Source: Octopus bimaculoides | Taxonomy: Eukaryota | Direction of reading: 5' to 3' | Length of the DNA stretch: 64,000 bases | Assembly (NCBI RefSeq): GCF_001194135.2 | Contig: NC_068992.1 | Location: 64,414,485-64,478,484, forward strand | In this document: positions 26,712 through 37,783 of the stretch, in pieces | Layout: each line of letters begins with the position of its first letter | Position numbering within the stretch: position 1 is the first letter of the stretch | Program-made: the position numbers and the translations under genes | Notes under the pieces: model-generated | Told to the model about the DNA's origin: nothing | Seen by the model: only the letters and a program-made list of their open reading frames with translations | The model's database searches: none

Positions 26712-28291
26712 TGTATATGTATCTAGGCAAGTCTATAGTCCTGTCTAGATTGATATAGTGACTGTGAGATTAGAGTGCTAGACTTTGGGCAGTATGGTTG
26801 TGATTTCTATACCTTACTGCAGTGCTGTTGCTATGTTGTATTTTTGCTTGCCTCAGTCTGCTTGGCTGACAAACAGGTCCTGCTTCATCACCAATAGAAG
26901 CTGAGTGAGAGGGAAATAATAAAAAGAAACAAACAATTTTACTTTTCTTTATGAACCTTGAGCAGTATTGAATGTTCAGTTAGAGTTTTTCCATTCTGGT
27001 TTGATAAATGAATTGAAATGTATTTTTTTCTTTCTTTCCTTTTTTTTTTTTTTTTGTCTTGTTTTATTTTCACCATATTTTCTGGCATAAAAGTTGATAA
27101 AGTATATTGTGTAAACTTGTACTGCAAACATTAAAACATCTTCCCTATCTTTCCAAATCCTGCTGCTTTTCACATAGAATTTTGGATCCTTGAAAGTCAA
27201 CCTACATTTTTTGGCTGTTAATTTTGATTTGAAGAATTTGACTTGTATGCTGGAAAATATGGCAGTGATTCTCTTTTCTGATTAGACAAGTACCGTGAAG
27301 GGTGTTTTTCTTTTCTTTTTCTTTTTAGTCATGAGAAGGGATTTTGCTCATGCCTTTGGCAGGTTCTTTGTGATACTCAAACTGATATGGTTGATGTTCA
27401 TCTTAAATCTCTCTAAGTCAAGTGCAGAAGGAACAGAGATATTAAAAGAAATGGGCAGGGTGGAAGTTGCAGAAAGTTGGCTGCAGTCAAATGACTGAAA
27501 CAAGTAAAAGATAAAAAGCAGTAAGCTACAAGGAGCATGCATATTTATTTCCACTGAAAAAGCAGAAGTATTCTTTTATTCTTTTACTGGTTTTAGCCAG
27601 AGGCTGGGGGCCATGCTGGAGAAATGATAATTTTTTTTTTTATGTGGGACGGTATTGTCTAACTTGTCCTTTTTTTTTTCTAAGATATTAGAGTGTGATT
27701 TTAGGGAAATTTGGTTGCTATTTCTAGCAGGTTGAGTAATCACATTGAACCTATCTTGTGAGTGGGAGCTGAACTGAAGAAAATGCAAATAATACATCCA
27801 GAGTTGTCTCCCATGTTTGCTGGTTAACGGAGGAAACGAAAACTAAAGTACTTATTAGTCATCAAGTGTAATCCTTTTTTCCTTTTCATTTCTCACCCAC
27901 ATGCTTTTTTTTTTCTTCTAGTTTTTGAGTAAAATATTTCATTAATATACATCAACACCCACTGACCTATATCTAATACATTAGTTCTTATATTCACTTG
28001 TATTTCCTTTAATCTTCAGTTTATCATGAAACAATATATGACCTGGACAATGGATATTCAACTTTGCCAAGTGATATAAAGATATTTATCATCATCATCA
28101 TCATCATCGTCGTCGTTGTACATGATTTTATGCTAGCATATTGAGTAAAATGAAATTTCTGTTTTTATATCTAATGAGGAGTGGTAGCGAATATAATGCT
28201 TACATTTCATGTGACATTTAGATTTTATAAAATGAAAGAAAAAAAAACAAACCTTGTAATGCTTATGTTTGATTTACTAATTTGCAAAGTG

Positions 28292-28329
<38 letters not shown>

Positions 28330-28631
28330 GTATCATTTCTAACAGTAATTGAAATGAATGAATCTGGTTTTCTCATTAACTGCCTTGTCATTATAATGTC
28401 ATTATATCGAAATCAAATTAACTCTTATTAATTTATTTTGCATAACATTTATCTTTCTTCTCCATTTTTTTTTTCATATTATTTTTCAGTCATTTACATT
28501 GTAAGTTCAAATGCTATTGAGGTTGATTTTGCTTTCCAACCTTTCAGGGTCAATGAAATAAGTACCAGTCAAATACTGGGGGTCAATGTAATTGACCATC
28601 ACCCTCTCCCTAAAATTGCTGGCCTTGTGCC

Positions 28632-28669
<38 letters not shown>

Positions 28670-29066
28670 TATTATTATTATTTAAGGTATTGAGCTGGCA
28701 GAATCGTTAGCACACTGGACAGAATACTAAACAGCAGTTCATCCGTGTTCTGAGTTCAAATTCCACTGAGGTTGACTTTGCTTTTTGTCATTTCAGGATT
28801 AAGGAAATAAGGACTGGTTAAACCCTGAGGCTGATGTCATTGACTAGTCCCTTCCCCTAAAATTTCAGGCCCTGTCCCTGTAATGGAAAGGATTGTCATT
28901 GTCAGTTTTGTAAATCTCAGATACTTAAAAGCTAAACAGTCCAGACATTTCCACTGGAGAACAGTCAGCGAGAAGTTGACAATAGACCCTTGTGTCTTAC
29001 ATTCTCATGGCTTTCCTTGAAATCTTTGCTATACCAGAAGTAATATCTTCTGTATCATCATCATCA

Positions 29067-29098
<32 letters not shown>

Positions 29099-29101
29099 TT
29101 T

Positions 29102-29133
<32 letters not shown>

Positions 29134-31148
29134 GCATGCAAATTTAATTAGCAGGTACTTTATCTTGAGTTTGGTGACAATAAGTCTCTTCAAATCAAGA
29201 ATTTTTCTTCAATTTCTTACAAAATATAAGATGGTACTTTTCTGCAGGTTGACAGTGAAAGTTTCAGTTCCATTTTCTTTCTGTCTTTCAGATAGCATTT
29301 TGGGTATTGTGCCAGATGCACTGTTGTTGATGTTGTTATTATTATTATTGTTTATCATTTTCATTATTATTCATTATTATTATTATTATTATTATCATTC
29401 AGTAGTTTTATTTTTATAACCTGCTTTCGCTTCACTACCGAGCGCAGCTCTGTGTGCCTTGGGTATGTGCTGTGGTTTGCTGTGGTGCTCTTATGGTATT
29501 GAAAGTGTTTTGCATAGGATGTGTTCAGTGCCCAGTAGTGCAATTTTTTGTATGTTGTATATATTTGTAAGTCCTGGTGTTTTTATTATTATTATTATTA
29601 TTATTATTCACTGCATTTCAGAAAAACAGTATGCCAGAGTCCTTGAGTAAATTATTCAAAGTGGTATGTATATAAATTTTTCTTTGTGGTATGTAAAAAC
29701 TCAAGTTGAAAATAACACAAAACAGCAGAAAGCAACAAAATCCAACCATATGAATACTTGTCCATTCCTCAAACTGGTTATTCTGTCATTATTAAACTGG
29801 TCTCTTATTGAAATATAGGATGGTTGTTTTATTGTTGTTGTTCTGTAACTCTCATGAAGTTGCATAGCTCAGTGGTTAGTGCGTTGTGAGGTCGTGAGTT
29901 CGATTGCTGGACCAAGCTGTGTGCTGTGTTCTTGAGCAAGACCCTTTATTTCACCTTGCTCCAGTTCACTCAGCTGAAGAAATGAGTTGCAACATCGCTG
30001 GTGCCAAACCGTATCATCTTTTACCTTTCCCTTAGATAATATCAGGGCTGATGAATAAAGTGCCAGTCCATTGTCATGGATTGGAAGATTGGCTAGTGTT
30101 GGCTGCCAATGCTTCACATTCTGAGTTCCAATTCCACCTTGGTACAAGTGGATCATGAGAGTACCCTGTTCAAAATACAACTAGCCAAGCATGTAGGCCT
30201 ACAACCTAAAGAAATCAGTTTGCAATGGCATGCTGAGGCTTTCATCCAGTTATGGATAAGCAATAACTGAATAGAAGTACGATATCATCAAATATTTTTG
30301 TATTTTTAAGCTGGTGTGATTTGATAAAGATTTAGTTGTTACTTTTAGCATTTTGTATAACCACGTAGAAGCTCTCTCAATAGTGATTTTAAATTCTTGA
30401 GGCAATAATAACTGAAGCAAGCACATGATTTGACTACAATAGTTGTTCTCACTCTATATAACACTGGTGATGTAGTGGTGTGCATCCTAATCCAGTTCAG
30501 TTGCATGATATGCTGTGTAGTAGTCTAGGGATGTGGTATATTCCTCCTTGCTCAGTATTTTCCTGTTGTTCTTTAGCTTCAGCTCTGCTCTGATCAAGCA
30601 GACTTGTGAGGCTTTCCAGCCATAACTATCCAGTCTGTTCAGACATAGTTTATCTCAGGCTGCATTATCCAAAATGTCATTTGTTCGTCATTTTCTTGAA
30701 CAGTTATAGGTGATATGGGGGTGACTTAACTGTTATTTCTAGCATGTATGTGAGCTTTTAAAAGTTCTTCTATTGGTTTTCTATAGTTCTGGCTGTTGTT
30801 TCATCCCAGTCCAAACTTTGATTAAAAGCATTCTAGCCATGGCCACCTGGTCTTCTCAAACATAGTTTACCTCAAATTTCACTCACTGTCCAATATCTTC
30901 TTCTTCTGGCAGAATGTGATTTGATTGAGGGATTTAGTTGCTATTTTTAGCATGTTGTGTGACCATATAGAAGCTTCTCCTCTCCTTGGCTCTAGTCTTC
31001 ACCTGAATGTTTTGGTGGTGACCACAGTAGAGGTGGCCTCAGTTGGCGTCATGATAATTACTATTCCCTCAGTTTTGCCTCTATTTAGTTGATTAGAAGA
31101 CCATTTAATTGAAACCTTGGTTCGGATATGTACTCCTATTTACTTTAC

Positions 31149-31211
<63 letters not shown>

Positions 31212-33573
31212 CAATAGACTCTACACACAACTAACACTGAGGTGCATTGAGCACTTCTATGCTTTTGTATCACACATACATTGAAACATGCGTAAGTGAA
31301 TCTTTAGCTTTAAATGGTTAAATAAACTGAACGTGTGTGTGTTTGTGGATATGGATATATAGAAAGGATTATAATCCAAGCTGTCTTCATATTGCAATGA
31401 AACGTGTAACTACAGCTCCATAAAGTCCAGTCTTTGTTTTAATGTATATTTATAATATATGCACAGACATACACATGATGTGTGTATATGCAAGAGAGGA
31501 TGGGGGGATAAAAGTGATGTTACTGTAAGCCAGTGGTTCCCTGAAGATGTGACATAATATTTGTGCTTTGCCATGAGCACAGATATTAAAATTTCATATT
31601 TAATATAATGTGAAAGATACAAATTTAGAATTTTCATAGCTTCATTTATTAAATGAATCTTGTTTTGAATAATTGTCTCAAGTTTAAAGTATTTATAATT
31701 ATAGACTAAAATATATGAGTGAATGTATAGGCTAAAATATATGAGGTAATAATGTATAGACTAAAAGATATTATCCTCTTTCAGTGGTATGTATAAAACG
31801 TGTCAAAAACTATTTTTTCTTGCTCTAAAGATGAATTGTAATTAAAAGAAATTAACTGGGGAACCACTAACAAAGACAAATATGTATTTCACTTATTAAT
31901 AAATATTAATTAATTAATTATAACCTTTTTACTAATCATTGTTTCTTTTCCTTCTTTCTTCTTCCTCTTCACTTTTGCTTTTCTGTTCTTTCTCATGGCT
32001 CTCTTCCTTTCTTTCGTTCTTGCTTTCTTTTCTTTTTGCTTTTACCAATTTTCTTGAATGTTTGATTTTTCTTTCTTTTTCTTTGTTCTTTATTTCTTTG
32101 TTTTGTTTTTTTTTCACTTTTCTTTTTCTTATTCACCTTTATCTGTTTATATTTCTTTATTCTTCATCTTCATTCTTTTTCCTCCTCCTCCGCCTCCTCC
32201 TCCTCCGCCTCCGCCTCCTCCTCCTCCTCTTCCTCCTCCTTTGCCTCTCTCTCCTCCTCTTGTTTCTCACCCTCCTCTTCACAGCCTTTTAAACAGAATC
32301 GAAAATCTGTCCACCAAGAAGAAGTAAAGGTAAGCTGTCTTTAGACTAGAAGGAATAGAGGCATAGCGTATAGAGTAATTAGCTCCTTAATGATCTAACT
32401 CTGGATATTCAGGTTCAATTCCTGACTGAAGCTTTTCAAACCTTAAGAAAGGCATCAATGGAGCTACCCTCCTTTCAGCTCTCCCTGAAATGTTCAGGGG
32501 TGGGGGTGGGGTGTTTAAACTTTCCACCCCTATACCTCCCCAAGTTTACAAAAGCTTGAGCAATAGACATTATTACATTAATTCATGGGTATCTATTAAT
32601 CTTCTGTCTTTCTGAGTGTTTCAGTCTTTTGGTACTGTCCAATTGCAATATTTTCTTTATATTAGGGATGGAATGGGATGATAAGGGATCCTCTTGCCTC
32701 TTCACTCTGGCTCCTCCATGCAATGACATGGAGAACCAGAAAGAGTTAACATTTGTTAACGCCTGGGTGACTTCTGATTGAGCAGATCTGTGATCAAAAG
32801 TCTTCTAGCTGCGACCATACTTAGATGTTTCTTACATGTGTTTTAGAAGTGTTTCTTGTAACAGAGATATGTCTGAGATGTGTCTTACATGTGTCTACTA
32901 TGTCTGACACATATCTGAGATGTGTTTCTTACATGTGTCTTACAAATGTCTCATTTATGTTTGAGATATGTCTCTGGTGTATCTGAGATGTGTCTTGTGT
33001 CTTAAACAACACCATGTCATGTATATGACTGAGATGTGATTTACATATGTCTTGCACATGTCTCAATGTGGCTGAGATATGTCTAAGGTGTGTTTAAGAT
33101 GAGTCTTATCATGTGTCTTTGACATGTTTGAAATGTGTCTTTAGTGTATATTAAATGTGTTTTACATATGTCCTAGATATTGTAGGCATTTCGTGTGACT
33201 GGGAAGTGTCTTAAATATGTCTTAGATATGTTTATGTATGTCTCACTTGTAACTAAAATATAACAATTGATGTGTCTCAGATGTGTTATACTTATATTAC
33301 ATATGTGTCTTAGATGTATTAAACTTATATTACATATGTGTCATAGCTGTGTCTTTGTGTCTTACATCCACAACAATCAAACATAAGTAGCATTCTGTAT
33401 GAAATTGTACCTCATTCGAGGTACCACAGCAAAACAAATACACAGGTACATGTACTTGCTGTAACATACGTGTACATATGTATATTTAGTTGAACTTGCA
33501 CATGTGTATACACATACATGTATATACATATATTTATATAGATACACACAAGTAAGCACATAGATTTACATAT

Positions 33574-33614
<41 letters not shown>

Positions 33615-36600
33615 TATACATATGTAGTAGAAATAGATATAGAAAATCCTTAGTGCCATAGTATATATTTGAAGAAATGAATAAGAATGACGTTTGTGAT
33701 AATTTTTCCTTCTTTAATGATTAAATGTTTATAAATTGTAAAGGGGAAAAAATGATCTGAAATGTCATTTTTATTCATTTTTTTTTCCAAATATATAGTT
33801 TTATACAAAAACTTAACTGCTCCTGGGTATGAATTTAAACAAAGCTGCACCCTGCTACCCATCTATGTTGAGCCAGTGTGACCAGAGTGAGCACACCAGA
33901 CCAGTATGATCTCAGGCTTAAATTCATGGTGTGTGCATCAGACGGTCGTTGGTGGAGAGAACATGCTGAGTCCGGTGTCCTGCAGTGGACCAAACACAGC
34001 CAGTCCAATCCAGTCCAGTCCAGTCCAATCCAATCCAGTCCAATCCAATCCAGTTCAATCCAATATGAACATATATCATTCTGCATGCCCCTATACATAC
34101 TTACTCAAAATACATATACTAACTCATAGATACATACTTACACTAACACACATTATTGTAAACTCATGCACTGGCTACTAATCCATGCACCTTACCTTGA
34201 TTGTTGTCTTTGTCACCTTTCATTGTAATTGTGCAGTTATTGGGAAATATGCATTTGTAAGTCTGTTCATTATGCACATATGTGCATCTGTTGATTTATC
34301 TTAAACAATTCTGATTAATTCACATTTGCAAATCTGTTGGGTCAAATTGAGGGTTCAGTTATTAACCCTTTTCCTGTGGGAATCAGATATATCCAATCAA
34401 TTTTTTTTTTTACCCTTAACTTAAGAAAGCAGTTTTATAATCCAGTCTGTCTTTTGTTGAAGAATGACATCAGCTCTCAGCAACAGAAGCAACCTTTGTC
34501 ATAAATATTAATTTGCATATCCACCTTAACTTGGGATGTGTATTGAATGCCATAGACTGTAGTACTCTTGGTGAGAGATCATCTCATATTGACATTAAGT
34601 GTTAAAAAAGCACAGACTACACCAGCAGATGAAATTTCATCAGTATCAGCAGATAGGACCGTTGTATCACATAATTTCAGTGTAATTTGTACTTCATCAG
34701 CAGAAGGTACCCTACTACCAAATGCCAGATTGAAATTCCATTAAACTGATATAATTTAACACTGATTAAACAGTCAATAATTTAACACTGATTAAACAGT
34801 CAATAATTTAACACTGATTAAACAGTCAATGATGTTGCATGAAGCTGGAAGGTTGTGTATAACTTAGCTATTAGTGACAGAAATAGTCTTTGTAATGAAT
34901 ATTAATTAAGCACATCCTACTTAACTTGGTTATGTTGTTTTGAATGCTGTTGAGATAATGTCAAGTTTAGTGAGGTAACGTGACTTCTATTCTTTTTGGT
35001 AGATATTTAATGTCATTAGTGGAATAGCCATGGAATCTAATTTTGCAGTGATAGGGTTAAATATTAATTCTGGTCGTCCATTCATTAGTTTTAAAACTTT
35101 TAATTTAGAATAGAAAACTACCCTGACATTCCATGTTTTAAATTTTCATTTTCTTCATTTATTTTTTCTCTTTACTTTTGTCAGGATAAAGACAAAGAAA
35201 GAAGTCTATTGAATGAGCAGATAAATTGGGAAGGGTGTCAGATTGATCCAGCACCTTTCCAGTTAGTAGAGAAGACTTCTTTACATAAGGTCAGTAATTA
35301 ATGCAGTTACCAGGATTTGTTAACCCTTTGGCATTCGGATTACTCTGTCAAATGTAATACTTATTTATTCACATTGTTTTTAATTAATCATGCACTATCT
35401 TGGGGCTTCACGATTTCAATGATGTGATTATTTACTTTTACTATGACATTGTAGAGTAGGTGTGAGATGTTGGATATGGTTAGTTGGAACATCAAGGAGA
35501 CAGAATATTTTGACTGGTTGTGGCCAGTTTAAATGCTAAAGGGTTAAAATGATGTTACCATTATGGGAATCTGTACAGTCATGGAATTGGTTTTGTTTCA
35601 GAATGTTCTGGTTGTTTTTGTTCCAATCCAGACCTGTTTAAACAAACTCATGATCAAAGACATTCCAGCCATGACCATTCTGTATTATTGTATGTTGAGG
35701 ATTACTTTTGTCTAATTTGTCCTCCTCTTCTTTTTCAAAATATTAAACTATAATTTGGGGAAGGTTTAGCTGCTGTGTTCCTAGTATTTCAACCGGCCAC
35801 GCCAAGATTCCATGTCAGACTGTCAATATGTGTACTGTTACTTAAAGCTAGACAGTGAACTGACAGAATGCTTAGTGGCATTTTATTTATCTTTAGGTCC
35901 TGAGTTCAAACTCCACCGAAGTAATTGATTTTCTTCCTTGCTGTCCTTGTACCATAATTTGAAACCAATGTGTATAATGTCGTATAAAGATGGACAAGAT
36001 TTGAACTGAGAACATAAAGAGCCTCAACTAATACCACAAGGTATTTTTGGCCCCCAAATATTTCCCCTTGGCTGGAGATGTTTTCATGGAAGATTGGAAA
36101 CAAGGGACTTTAATTGTATAATGCTAACGGTTTTTATAACTATCTTGTGATGTTAAGACAAGGAGAGCCGCATGCTCGCACACACACACACACATACATA
36201 CATACATACATACATACATACATACATTCAGAGTTGGCCAAAAGTCACCTGACAGTAAATCAAAACTCGTATAATTCCAAGATTAAAACAAAAAATTATT
36301 TCACATGCGACTTTACTAATAAATAGACAAATGTTGAAAAACAAAAACGGTGATTTTAACTCATAGCATTCAATTATTAAACATTCATAATTGGAATGAA
36401 TAAACAAAATTGAATATTAAGTATTTATGGAATTTTGATTTACTGTCAGGTGACTTGTGGTTAACCCATACATGTTAATGGATGTATTTAACTAATGTGG
36501 TATTTCATGTAAAAGAGGAAACGAAATTTGAGGTTAATATTTTTTTCTCTTATTTCTTGCAGGTCCATTCTTTATTCTCACTATTAGGTCTCAGTCATGC

Positions 36601-37260
36601 GTTTGTGACCAATATTGGTAAACTAGTTGGTGTCGTTGGATTAAAAGAGGTAAATTTCACCAATACCAAGGTGGTTTTTATAACATAAATTGTTGTCTTC
36701 AGTTAATACCTGTTGATTCTAACATGTTTTATTAGGGGGTCACTCAAATTACACTTAATAACCTACCTTTGTTTTTTTACTTCAACGTCTCTGCAAATCT
36801 TTATTTCTGGTTTAAAGATTTTGGAAAGGTTCAGTAACACACACACACACACACACTTAGTGTTTGCTGTTGGAAGGAAGAGTACTTGCTACCATACTAT
36901 TTGTATTTTGGTTGAATCAGTCTTTTATTACTCTGAGTTACACCTGTGGAGGCACAGGATCTTCTGGTAAGTTATGATTAAAGAAAGTTATAATAAACTT
37001 AAAGATGTTGTGCACCAACAGATGAAATTCAGAATAGCAAGGGACTGACTCAATCAAAATACATACATGCATACATACATATATATATATATATATTGGT
37101 TACAGCCATTTTAGTGTGGCTGTCCTCTAAGAGATGATGATATTGCCATTTAACCCCAGGAAGACATTTCCTCCAGGTGGTTTATTCAGTGTGCTTTTCA
37201 CACCCAATATTTATTAGAAAGTGGGCAATAACTCCTGCCGCCCTGGCTTTAAGACCACCA

Positions 37261-37321
<61 letters not shown>

Positions 37322-37744
37322 AATTTATTAAGTTCCACAAGGAAAATGTTGACAGGGACTTCAAAGTTTGGGCTGTTTGCTTTCCTAAGCCTGATGAAGC
37401 TGTGCATGCTGAAACTTAGAAGCCACTGTCAGTCCTTTCCTTCTAAAAGTTAGTCAGGCTTCATTTAGCTCAATGGTATGGAGCACTGAGCTGGAATTTT
37501 AAAGGTACAGAGTTCAGTTCTTTGTAGTGGCTGCTGGGCACTCTTTTCAAGGTGGTGCTCCAGCATGGCGACAGTGTTAATGGCTGAAACAAGTAAACGA
37601 TGAAAGATGAATACATACTCTACAAGATAGCATTGAGTAATCCTTTAGTTTAATGTTCAACTGTTTTATATGTAACATGACTTAAAAACAAACATTATGC
37701 ATACATTTGTATGTATGTATAATACACACATATATACATATACG

Positions 37745-37783
<39 letters not shown>

